Assembly (NCBI GenBank): GCA_012295275.1 | Contig: CM022671.1 | Span: forward strand, 2,914,001 to 2,978,000 | Length of the DNA: 64,000 nt | Source of the DNA: Chrysomallon squamiferum | Lineage: Eukaryota; Animalia; Mollusca | Direction of reading: 5' to 3' | In this document: positions 49,801 through 62,457 of the stretch, piece after piece | Layout of the letters: the number at the start of each line of letters is the position of its first letter | Numbering within the stretch: position 1 is the stretch's first letter | Program-made: the position numbers and the translations under genes | The notes under the pieces: model-generated | The model's database searches: none | What the model was told of the DNA's origin: nothing | The model's input: only the letters and a program-made list of their open reading frames with translations

Positions 49801-51679
49801 AAAAAACAAAAGACAATTATTAGAAAAGGATGAGTTCATGAAAATTATGTTTACAAACTGCTTTTATAAGGTTTATTTGTAACACTAAAGGTGTACTTTA
49901 AAACATATATATATTTTTTTAAATCAGCCAGCATTTAATGTGGATACTATATCATGGTTTTGATTGTTTAACAAAAAAAAATATGGAAATATTATGTCCC
50001 AAAAGTTTATATAATTTTATACACATACATAACCTTTACTTGTGTACAAGTCACACCTTGATACAAAATTAATTAAATGCACATGGATATACTGAACACT
50101 GGTGGTTTATAAAAAAATCTGCCATTCTGCGTTTAGTGACTTTCATTTTTATTATAACTATTATACAGAAAGGTGAGTGGGCCAGAACACATATAAAATT
50201 TCTATTAACTGATCAGTATAAAGTTGGCAAAATAAACTCTGTGTTCCAAATCCTACGTACAAGTCATATCCCAACTTTCAGTAATGAATTAATCTACAAC
50301 ATGTGGCTATAAAACCTTTTGAATATGATCACTGTGAGTGTTCATATACAAAATAAAAATATCTCCTATCTGATTATTTGTTGTAAACCATACAAATGTT
50401 ACCTATTTCATTATTTTTCTTTCCTGTACTAAGCGTGAAACCTGCTTTATAAACCATCTGAGCAAACAGAGACTTGTCTGTGTAAATATCATCAGTTACC
50501 TCCTCTTCATTTCTCCGTTTCTGTTTACTCCCATCTGAAATAAATTACTAAACATTACAAACATACTAACAACTTAGACATCATCTCACAATACAACATA
50601 AATCAAAAAGACTAAACTTTGGTGTATTGGTTTGTTCATAAACTACAGTTAAAATACACACACACAAAAAAAGACATATGGCAATAAAATAATTGAGGGG
50701 GTTTTTTTGTTGTTTTTTGGAGGATACAGTAGTTCAAGAAGAGATTAAATAATTTACTTATTTAGTCTTTTCAGTTTCAATTCATTATTTGTATATTGAT
50801 CTTTTACACAAGCAACAGACTAAACATACAGATAGATCAAAACTGAATATCTGTAAATTTTAAAATTTAAGCATTTCAAGAACAAAACATTTAAAAACAC
50901 AGGAGGAAATGAAAGTGGCTGCACTCTTTTCAAGGTGAATTATGTTATAGCTATACTTTTTTATTATTTAACCAGCTTTACAGGTTATTGTTTTTTATTT
51001 TTTTTATTTCCATTATTAGTCTTTCTTGTAAAATTTTCGGAATTACTAATAAAATATCTTTTTTCTAAATATAAGTGTTGATTTTTATTTATTTTTTTGT
51101 GCATAGCTTTGTTTTATTTTATATAATTTCTGGTGCATGGACAACTTGGCCTGTGGATTCTTGGAACAAAATTTGTAGAGATAAATCATGCATGTGACAG
51201 TCATAATGTTAGCTGTGCATAGTGTAGAGTCCATGCCATAGCTTATTATAATAACAGTATCAGATGGGTTTCTAGAAAAGTATAAAGTAATAATAATGGC
51301 CATTGTACTGTTGGTAGACATGATCATGAAGTACCTAAAGCATAATCCACCCCAAAGTGCTCTTTATTATATTAAAATATGTTTGTTTTCCTTTAACTGA
51401 CATTTTGGCTTAAGGTGGGACTATTTCAAAACCAACAGAAACAGATTCATTTATTCAAGAACAGTTTTAATTTAAAAAAAAACACTTTTAAGTTATAAGA
51501 TTCTGTCTGTGTCCCATTTTTTTCAGAACTGTGGGCTGAGTGGTTCCCTTGGCCAAGCTGTTTGACATTCCCAGTTTATAATTTACTACAATCAGCCAAA
51601 GATTGATTTACATTTAAACAAAATGAAAAATACATATCAAACCTAAAGATGAAGAATTTTTTCTTTTTGTTTTCTGCAT
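43871..51679 (-). pseudogene. FANCD2: FANCD2 N-terminal exons
   Basis: Exons: 51643-51683 (ATG at 51679, MQKTKRKNSSSL), 50403-50534, 49240-49307, 48351-48400, 47642-47689, 46940-47000, 46272-46327, 45751-45838, 45114-45239, 44707-44794, 44136-44240, about 43871/43875-43938. Splice phases agree except at the frameshifted exon 45114-45239. Confidence 0.88.
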
Positions 51680-52393
51680 TTTTCTGGAAAATAAAAATAA
51701 TATATATAAATAAATGCTATTAATAATGTTACATGCGACTGTAATTGAAACAGAAATACAGATAGAAAAAATAAATAGCAATAATAATTATTAAATTATT
51801 AGAACAATAACAGTTTTATTGTCTGAAAGTGAAAAGATTATATTTTATTTATTTATCATTTTTTTTTTTTTTTTTTTATAAATTCTATTATTATTATTGT
51901 AGTAGTAGTAATAGAACAATAAATGTTTTATTGTTTGAAAGGATTATATTTTATTTTAGTTATAATTTTTTTTATTATTATTATTATTATTTTTTTTTTT
52001 TATAAATTCTATTATTATTATTGTAGTAGTAGTAGTAATAGCAGAAATTTAATTTAAAAAAAAAAAAATAAAAACGTTTGCAGGTTTCGGGCCAAAGATC
52101 TGATCTGCGAGTATGAAAACTACGTGTTCGATTGAAGGCATCAGTATACTATAACATAACATGATTATGATGATAATTATTACCAATTTACATCATTACA
52201 ATGTAATTTACGTGTCATTGTTTGTGGTTTATTCGAGTCATTGTTATTTGTTATCATTATCATATTATGTTTAAACTAGTGTCGTAGTGACTTTAGAAGT
52301 TTAGCACTTTCTTTAGAAAGATAGGAAAAAGATTTTGTTTTCCAAAAATTTCACATATATTTACAAACATAATCAATCCACCACTGGACTAAC

Positions 52394-52510
52394 CTTTCAA
52401 CTAGAATAAATAAACATTTTACTCTTTGACTTAATGTGAAAGTTATTTCCGAATAAAAATTATTTCCCGCGTTTTTATATTCTGTTTCCGGATTTTCATT
52501 ATGCTAATTT
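52394..52510 (-). promoter_or_regulatory. Putative FANCD2 promoter and non-coding first exon
   Basis: The ATG exon starts at an acceptor (51684-51685), so an upstream exon is needed. A minus-strand donor AAG|GTTAGT lies at 52394/52393, with an E2F-type TTTCCCGC at 52463-52470, an ETS-type TTCCGG at about 52486 and an octamer-like ATGCTAAT at 52501. Confidence 0.55.
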
Positions 52511-53869
52511 CTAAAAAACAATTTGGAATTATTACATTTACTGTTTGTTTTTCTTCTTCTTCTTCAGCTTTTTTTTTTTTTTTTTTTTTTTTTTTATAGA
52601 AATTATTTACCTTTTAGCTTTTAACATTACTCTGTAAGGCTTAACACCTTGACCATGAAAACCTCAATATTTTTTGGAAAAACACACTCGTTTGTAGTCT
52701 GTATAATGTACATTTATGAATTTAATGTTTTAATACTTTAATACTACATTACTTTTTAAATTGTTGTTGTTATTATTATTACCATAACAACAACAAGATA
52801 ATAATAATAATTTTTATTATTACTATTATTATATAGTTACAAACTGTAGCAACTTCAATGACGTCCATGAAAACTTGATTGCCCCCCCCACAGAGGAACG
52901 TTCCAGTCAGCGAGAGGCAGATTCGTAATATTCGAAAGTTGTTTATTATAGGTCCTGTCTCTACTATGTTAAAAAATGGAAAATCTGAAGTCTTATCGCA
53001 CAAATGTTACATTGTACTGTGGGAAAAATAAAAAAATAAAAAATAAAATGCTTTAACTCTTCATCGGGTTAGTCGTCCCCTCGCTATAAATCTTTGATCG
53101 TGTATTGTGAACATTGTACATGCATTACTTTTTAAAACAAGTATACATTTTTTGCCGAACCACGTTGTAATTCATGGTTCACCTCCGAGTTACTTTTCCT
53201 AAACGAGAACCTCCTGAATTCTATTTGATGTTTCCTGTTGGTGAGCAAAATGATAATTATTTTCAAAGATGTCGATTTAACCGTATAAATTATTAAGTAA
53301 TTAAATCTGGGTTGAAATGAAATCGAGCTGCTTACGTACACATTTTCTAACGGTGTCTCCATTAAATCATCGAAATTATTTAGGCACATCACTTCTCGAC
53401 AAAATGTTAGTTTCAAACTGTGATGAGAGGCCTAATGCACAAAATCTGTGTGGTTTTTTAGTAGTTTATTTATGATTATGGATTCAGTAGTATTTACCTT
53501 TTTATTTGATTTTTCACCGGTTATGGCAATGCCTTCGATATAAATATTGGAACTGGTGATCGAATAAGTGTGGTAGATTGGTGTCTTTCGGAAAAATTAA
53601 GCTTGTTATGTTTGAAACGTGGTTCAATAATACAACATACACAATAAATAATAACGGTAGGTGATTCAGTACAAATTTCCTTATTCAGTCTCTTCTTCAC
53701 TTTGACATTTGCTTCAGAAAATCCGCTCTTACTTTCACTCATCCTCTCAAAAATATATTATCCAAAATCACTTCTTAAGTTTTAGCCTGGTGAAATTCAA
53801 CATATACTACATGTAAGTACTATCAAGATATAATTCATTATCCTTTCATATTTGTGTCTGTGTTATTAT

Positions 53870-53943
53870 TATACTCTGACTGTAAATTGTGTTGAGCCCC
53901 ACTCTCAGGAGAAAAGGGCACTCAACAAGTCTCCTTATTATTA
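53870..53943 (+). mobile_element. Possible LINE/SINE 3' tail fragment (hairpin plus short TTA tail); copy at about 61527-61600
   Basis: gttgagcccc...gggcactcaac stem followed by ttattatta. Confidence 0.35.
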
Positions 53944-54339
53944 CCTAGACTTTACAGGCAGTAAACAGCAATTTGTAAAAAGAAGAAAAGAAGAATTACC
54001 GCGCCGCTACCACCACAATTAACATTTCAGATTTTCTAATTTCTCCAATCTAAATGTATTTCACATCTAGATTTTTTCTTTCTGATTAACTTGGTATGAA
54101 AACTATGTCTGTAGTAAATCCAATCTGAAATGTAGGATAGGTATGTAACTTTATTTATGTAAAATATTCTCCGCATTTGTCAACCAGAAGTAGTTTTGCA
54201 GCTAGAGGAAAACCATCTGGTGCTTTGGACTGTAAACAAATAATTATCACAGTATTTGTTTCAGGAAAGCCTGAATCAATGGATTGAAATTAAATTAATT
54301 TCTGGGATGTAAAACTGCCATTATTCCCTTATTCTTCAA

Positions 54340-54800
54340 AAAGTAGTCCGCATACAGTAGTGCTTCTATCATCTCACTCTATCACAGAACTAAACAAGAA
54401 CAACCAAAATTAATAACATTTTTGTGGCATGTTGGACAGAATTGCTTTGTTTGCCATTGGATGGTGTTGAAAACATCATCAAATCTCTACAAAGAATTGC
54501 TATGCCAAATGCTAATGATTTGGTAGGTTATTTTGATTCGACTTATATGAATGAACACTACAGGAAATTATTTAGAAACGGCTGTAACATCATCAGTAAC
54601 ATTCTTGGACAGTTTCAAGCAGACGTCTGGTGTGCACTGGAGGCAACTCTCAGTGAGTGGGAAGGATGGAACAACACGTTTTTTTCACTTGTCACGGTGA
54701 CTAGTCAGACTGGTATTAATGCTTTAAAGTTGGCTCGTCCCGTCTAAGGGTTAACAGACTATAAAAGCGTCACGTGACAAAGTGTTAATGATCTGAGGCA
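54340..54800 (+). mobile_element. Mutator-like (MULE) transposase remnant
   Basis: IQ*CFYHLT (CxxH motif), then LCLPLDGV...DLVGYFDSTYMN...W..EATL..EGWNNTFFSLV, resembling the C-terminal catalytic-Glu region (EGWN). Ends near the palindrome GTCACGTGAC. Confidence 0.7.
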
Positions 54801-56769
54801 GTTTAAACTACTAAAAGACTAGTTTGTATCCACTAGAGAATAATAACGCAAACAAGAATTGAATATGGGTAATTGTTTCATGTATCACATAAATTAACCA
54901 TCAATGGCAAACAAATGTAATTTAATCGTAAGATTCTTACGATATAATGCAAATGAAAATAACGCTGATATACGTTTTGTAAACATATAAATCATTATTT
55001 TATTTTATTTTATTTGTTAAATATTTTATAAATGCTGATATCAGGATAACTGTCAGATTTGTCTATTGAAGAAACAAAATATGAAAACTGTTCATCGTAT
55101 TTAACAACTCGTCTCAGTAACGGACATTTCTGTGGTCGTAAATTCCCCGAGAAGAAAAATTCTAACTAAAGAAATATACCTTTGTTTACATACTGAATGG
55201 AGTTAAAATACATTTCTGTGCAGTGGTCGTAATTCCCCGAGAAGAAAGATTTCTATCTAAAGAAATATAACTTTGTTTATATACTGAATAGAGTTACAAT
55301 AGATTTCTTGAGAATGCGAAAGTGATCACCACACATGGTCATTTGATAGCTGTCGTAGTAACTTTTAGATCACGCGAGTTTTCACGACTAATTAAATAAA
55401 TAAAAAAGGAAGATATTTTGTATCTTATGAGTTGAAACAAGATTATTAAAGTGGTTCCTTTAGTCGTGTTAAAACTGTCGTCTACTTTTTCATTTTATTT
55501 TACTTTTGTTTTTTCATTATTTCAAATGCACTATAATAATTGTTATTAAAAGAAAAAAAAAAGTATTTCCTTTGTTTATATATTTATTTATTTAGTAGTG
55601 GTAATAGCTGTCGCGGTTGTTGATGTTGTTGTCGTTGTACTGTCTTAATGTTATCTTTTATCGAAACAGCCATTCATCATGATGCATTAAATAGAAATTT
55701 AATATATTTAGCACCATATACGTTTTTCTAACAATTCATGTATATTGTGCATAAATGATTTTGTAAAAACCTTCGTTTAACCATTATCTTTAGAAACATG
55801 ATTAACAAGGAAGACTGAAGTTTCTATTAAGCTTAACATTACATAAATCAACTAAAAAACAGTGAGTACGATTATATAATTTATTAGTAACTTTAACAAA
55901 GTAATAAATATAAAAAAAATAAAAAATAAATAAAAATAAAACACTTTTTACATCACGGAAATTAGATATATGTGAAAAATAGATTAATAACAAAGCCTAC
56001 TATGGAAAGAAAACTTGCCCATGCAAACAAAACCTACAAAGTTAAAAGTCTCTGTATTTCTTTGTCAACTTAGCACAGGTGATAATACTTCTACGCAGAT
56101 TAAAGTAGTTTTTATTAACTATTACTTGGTTTAAACAAAAAATGTACTAATGTTATTTCAAGTTGACTGATAATATAGATCAAACGGCTAAAAAGGCAGA
56201 AGGAAAATTGTATATAGTAATAGTATTGTATACACTTTTGGTAAGCACTTTTGGCCAGGAAGAACGCCCTTCGATCTCTACCCCCATACAAAATTAAAAC
56301 AACCACAGTTGGATAACAGATTTAAAGTTTGGTTTTATAATAGTTACATTTGGTATTTATTATCACGTTTATTTTTTTAAATTCCACATTATTTTGTACT
56401 ATTTTATACGTAACTTAAGGAAATCCTTCATTGTGTGATAGGACACTTCGTCGATAGAAATTTGTTTTGTAAAGTATGCGTTCTTGAATACATTTACAAG
56501 CCAAAATGTTACCGCCAATAATATTTTCTTACTTACAGAATCATTTTTTTTAATTTTTTTTTTTTTTTTTTTTTTTTTTTTGATTTTTGATTTATTTATT
56601 TAATTTATTTATTTATTTTTTTTTTTTTTGATTTTTCATGTTTAGCTGTATATAGTTAAAAAACGACATGATGAATTTTGTTACTGGTTTTAAATCACAT
56701 AATGCAAATTTGTGCAATCCAGCATTTATATTAATTGACTTTACAAAATGAAGATAAAACTACAAGAGT

Positions 56770-56860
<91 letters not shown>

Positions 56861-57087
56861 GTTTTCTTATGAATTTTAAATTTGTCACTGGTACATGACA
56901 AAAATACGTATACACTTAGATAAGTATAAAACTAGATGATGCAGATAATTTACGAACACATAATGATAATAATAGCACAATATCACAAAACGAACGAGTG
57001 CCTTACTACACATGCAATAAAGTGATCAACCTTAAAAAAATAGTAATAATAAAATAATAAATTAAATAACAATAATAATAATAATAA

Positions 57088-57118
<31 letters not shown>

Positions 57119-59943
57119 AAGAAGAAGAAGAAGAAGAAGAAGAAGAAGACGACGAACAATAACAATAAGTAAATAAATAAATAGAAACCATCTACTAATC
57201 AAAGGAAAAAAGTAATGGAATTTTTTAGCATGTGATTATCACATGCTGTAACTTTCCACTGCTGTTTGAATATATCGATACAATCGTTTTCGAGGAAAAG
57301 AAATACTATCCGGTTAAGAACAGTATATAAATTTGTCGTTGTCTCCGGTTTGCTCAGTTAGATCAAAACACCCGACCTAAATGTGTGAATTCGCTATTCG
57401 GTTTTGTGATGTCAAAACGGGCTTAGCAAAGATCAAGAAAGCAATGAAACATTAGGTAAGTAGATCTATGTGAGTTTGAAGGTTATTTTTATTGCTTTGT
57501 TGTTGCTGCTGTTTTTATATTTCAATGTTATTTCAGATTTTTCTGTTTGTGGTGATAACGAAAATATTACTGATATTATTATAATTTTGATTATTATTAT
57601 TGTTATTGTCATTAATATTATTATTATTACTATTATTATTATTATTAATTGCTTAGTGTTTAAAACGGGTATTAAGTAGGTATATGCAAAAAAACAAAAC
57701 ACTTCGCTCTCGCGAGATTTCGGCGCGATCCTTACTGGGCAGCATCAAAAAGTGCGGTCTTCAAAAATTTCCTTACGTCGGTCCATTTAAAAAATCTTTT
57801 TAAAGAAACTTAGTTTGATAACGTATTATACATATCTTGCCACAAACTCGTTTTCGATTTCTGAATACTGATCACGGAGATATTGATCAAATTTTTGATG
57901 AAAAAATATTTTTTGGAAACGTCTTGGGTGAGTCAAGCAATCAAAATATGTTCCCCGTATAGAAATGCTACTTTTGTGCTTAATTTCAACAAATGTTATG
58001 TTTGCGAGCGAGGATTCTGTGGTTGCGAAAAACTGTTTACGTAATGCGGACGTAATTAACCAGTGCATTGGTTTAAAGATGAACAAACAGTTCATCATTG
58101 ATTGCTCTTGTGCTTCAAAGGAAAATCCATCGAATAAAGTTATTTTAGCGGTAGGCATCAGTCACGAGGCTCACACCTTTAAACATCTTGGATGTTTTAT
58201 TAAGACTCAGCCTGGAGTAACGAGGTGCTTAAATGGCCACCTAACAAGGAATATAAACGCTAAATTGACAGCAGTCTTTATAAATCAATAAGTCTATCTA
58301 TCCACTAGAGAAATAAACACAAGTTAAGGTTCACGTTAATTATTTAATTATGATAAACAGGTGACTTGATAATATTATATTATACAATAACAAAACATAT
58401 GTTTAAGTAATTTTGATTAATGATACGAGTAAGGTCATACAGGGAACCAAGACAAAATAAGAATCCGCACGGAGGAGAGATTAAAACCTTAAAACTTTAG
58501 GTATAATAAATGTTATTGACACAGGTTAATTGCACATTACATTCTTATCAAAATAACAATAGACAATTGCTTACCATACTCGTCCGTAAAGAAAATATTC
58601 AAAAACATTGGTTTTCCCCGACTGAAGAGATTTCGTGTTGACCTGTTCCTTTCCTCCTTAATTATTTGAACCTTGAATCTTGAAAAACATTAACGTGCTA
58701 ATCAGAGCAAGCTGTTGTGGAGCGCGTCTAAGACAGGTACGCTTTCTGACAGGTATGGATGGAGAACTCTTTTTACGTGCCCACGTCCAATTCAAGGTTC
58801 GGGCACGCCTCTGACAGGTAACCTTAATTATCAAATACCAGCCCTTTTTATAAGAACGCCATGGAGTTGAAAAATTGGCTAAAACAATAAAAAACGTGTA
58901 TGTGGTTGAAGTAACAATTTGTTACGCAATTTCAATTCCGTGGCATCAAAATAAAAAGCGTAGATGTGATTGAAGTAACAGTTCGTTACGCAATAAAAAG
59001 TGCGTGTGTGATCGAAGTAACAAATTGTTACGGAATCTCAATTCCGTGTCAGTGTTAAAACAATTCAACGATCTAATGTCAAGTGGCATATTTCTAATCA
59101 TCATTTTGACCAGTATTTCATAGTTGTATTTTTCGTACAGCAATAAGCATCAGTAGCACGCGTGAATCGAAAGCGCGCTAGAAATTTTATACAGCTAATC
59201 ATATGTACAGAAAATACAAACAGAAGTTTAACATTACATAAAAACAGTTCTTTGTCCTCATAAATAAAGAAAAATGTCTTAAATTGCCATCTCGAAAGCT
59301 TCTTTCGGTTACTTACTTACTTTCTACTAATTAGTTATTTTATATTTTATGTTAAATTAATGCTAATAATAATGTTACACGGGACTGTATTTGAAACAGA
59401 AATACAGATAGAAAAAATAAATAGCAATAATAATTATTAGAACAATAAAAGTTTTATTGTCCGGAATGATTATATTTTATATATTTATCTTTTATTTCTT
59501 TATTTTTTTATTTTATTTTTTATATATATATATATATAAATTCTATTATTATTATTATAGTAGTAGTAATAGAAGAAATTTAATTTAACAAATAAATAAA
59601 TAAAAACGTTTGCAGGTTTCGGGCCAAAGATCTGATCTGCGAGTATGAAACCGAGTTATTCTACGTGTTCGATTGAAGACATCAGTATACTATAACATAA
59701 CATGATTATGATGATGATTATTACCAACTTACATCATGACCTCATACAATGATACATCATTACAATGTAATTTACGTGTCAATGTTTGTGGTTTATTCGA
59801 ATAATTCGATTCATTGTTATCATTATGTTTACACTAGTGACTTTAGAAGTTTAGTACTTTCTTTAGAAAGACAGGAAAAGGTTTTTGTTTTCCAAAAATT
59901 TCACATATATTTACAAACATAATCAATCCACCACTGGACTAAC

Positions 59944-60060
59944 CTTTCAACTAGAATAAATAAACATTTTACTCTTTGACTGAATGTGAAAGTTATTTCC
60001 GAATAAAAATTATTTCCCGCGTTTTTATATTCTGCTTCCGGATTTTCATTATGCTAATTC
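59944..60060 (-). promoter_or_regulatory. Duplicate of the putative FANCD2 promoter and first exon
   Basis: Same donor (actaacctt at about 59938-59946), TTTCCCGC at 60013-60020, CTTCCGG at about 60035 and ATGCTAAT at 60051. Confidence 0.45.
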
Positions 60061-60256
60061 CTAAAAAAACAATTTGGAATTATCACATTTACTGTTTGTT
60101 TGTTTTGCTTCTTCTTCTTCATTTTTTTTTTATAGAAATTATTTACCTTTTAGCTTTTTTACATTACTCTGTAAGACTTAACACCTTGACCGTGAAAACC
60201 TCAATTATATAGTTACAAGCTGCAGCAACTTCAATGACGTCCATGAAAACTTGATT

Positions 60257-60367
<111 letters not shown>

Positions 60368-61996
60368 AACGTTCTAGTCAGCGAGAGGCAGATTCGTAAT
60401 ATTCGAAAGTTGTTTATTATAGGTCCTGTCTCTACTATGTTAAAAAATGGAAAATCTGAAGTCTTATCGCACAAATGTTACATTGTACTGTGGGAAAAAT
60501 AAAAAAATAAAAAATAAAATGCTTTAACTCATCATCGAGTTAGTCGTCCCCTCGCTATAAATCTTTGATCGTGTATTGTGAACACTGAACATGCATTACT
60601 TTTTACATTCACGGAGTTAACTCTACGAGCTTTCTTCCGACAAACAAACCCAACTGAACAAAATACCGATCTCTGCTTCATTTCTATAACCAAAATGCAT
60701 GTATTTGCCTCCCGAAAATGGTAAGAAGCCTTGATGAAAAACTACGATAAAATCTCTTGACAATTTTCGAGCAAGAGACCCGTTTCAGAAATATATTACT
60801 AGAAAGAGCAACATTTCATCTCTTTAAAGACACTGGAATTAAATCTTAAAACAAGTACACGTTGTAATTCATGGTTCACGTCCGAGTAAGAAAGACTGAT
60901 TATGTTACTTTTCCTAAACGAGAACCTCCTGAATTCTGTTTGGTGTTTCTTGTTCGTGAAACGAGAACCTCCTGAATTCTATTTGATGTTTCTTGTTGAT
61001 GAGCAAAATGATAATTATTTTCAAAGATGTCGATTTAACCGTATGTCGATTTAACCGTAAATGTTAGTTTCAAACTGTGATGAGAGGCCTAATGCACAAA
61101 ATCTGTGATTGTTTGTTAGCAGTTTATTTATGATTATGGATTCAGTAGTATTTACCTAGTATTTGATTTTTCTCCGGTTATGGCAATGCCTTCGATAGAA
61201 ATATTGGAACTGGTGATCGAATAAGTGTGGTAGATTGGTGTCTTTCGGAAAAATTAAGCTTGTTATGTTTGAAACGTGGTTCAATAATACAACATACACA
61301 ATAAATAATAACGGTAGGTCATTCAGTACAAATTTCCTTATTCAGTCTCTTCTTCACTTTGACATTTGCTTCAGAAAATCCGCTCTTACTTTCACTCATC
61401 CTCTCAAAAATATATTATCCAAAATCACTTCTTAAGTTTTAGCCTGGTGAAATTCAACATATACTACATGTAAGTACTATCAAGATATAATTCATTATCC
61501 TTTCATATTTGTGTCTGTGTTATTATTATACTCTGACTGTAAATTGTGTTGAGCCCCACTCTCAGGAGAAAAGGGCACTCAACAAGTCTCCTTATTATTA
61601 CCTAGACTTTACAGGCAGTAAACAGCAATTTGTAAAAAGAAGAAAAGAAGAATTACCGCGCCGCTACCACCACAATTAACATTTCAGATTTTCTAATTTC
61701 TCCAATCTAAATGTATTTCACATCTAGATGTTTTCTTTCTGATTAACTTGGTATGAAAACTATGTCTGTAGTAAATCCAATCTGAAATGTAGGATAGGTA
61801 TGTAACTTTATTTATGTAAAATATTCTCCGCATTTGTCAACCAGAAGTAGTTTTGCAGCTAGAGGAAAACCATCTGGTGCTTTGGACTGTAAACAAATAA
61901 TTATCACAGTATTTGTTTCAGGAAAGCCTGAATCAATGGATTGAAATTAAATTAATTTCTGGGATGTAAAACTGCCATTATTCCCTTATTCTTCAA

Positions 61997-62457
61997 AAAG
62001 TAGTCCGCATACAGTAGTGCTTCTATCATCTCACTCTATCACAGAACTAAACAAGAACAACCAAAATTAATAACATTTTTGTGGCATGTTGGACAGAATT
62101 GCTTTGTTTGCCATTGGATGGTGTTGAAAACATCATCAAATCTCTACAAAGAATTGCTATGCCAAATGCTAATGATTTGGTAGGTTATTTTGATTCGACT
62201 TATATGAATGAACACTACAGGAAATTATTTAGAAACGGCTGTAACATCATCAGTAACATTCTTGGACAGTTTCAATCAGACGTCTGGTGTGCACTGGAGG
62301 CAACTCTCAGTGAGTGGGAAGGATGGAACAACACGTTTTTTTCACTTGTCACGGTGACTAGTCAGACTGGTATTAATGCTTTAAAGTTGGCTCGTCCCGT
62401 CTAAGGGTTAACAGACTATAAAAGCGTCACGTGACAAAGTGTTAATGATCTGAGGCA
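61997..62457 (+). mobile_element. Mutator-like (MULE) transposase remnant (duplicate of 54340-54800)
   Basis: ORF 62081-62404 differs from 54424-54747 by one residue (QS vs QA). Confidence 0.7.

Larger units (their letters stand above)
37035..51679 (-). pseudogene. FANCD2: Fanconi anemia group D2 (FANCD2) unprocessed pseudogene
   Basis: Exon peptides match FANCD2 as recalled: [126 protein letters not shown]. Lesions: +1 at about 45203, TGA at 44722-44724, +4 at about 39435, -1 at about 37985, and a multi-exon deletion at 37675-37917. Confidence 0.88.
51712..59356 (+). repeat. About 7.65-kb tandem segmental duplication, copy 1
   Basis: aatgcta.taataatgttaca..gactgta.ttgaaacagaaatacagatag starts at about 51712 and again at about 59358. 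Offset is 7657 at the MULE ORF (54424 vs 62081). Confidence 0.92.
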
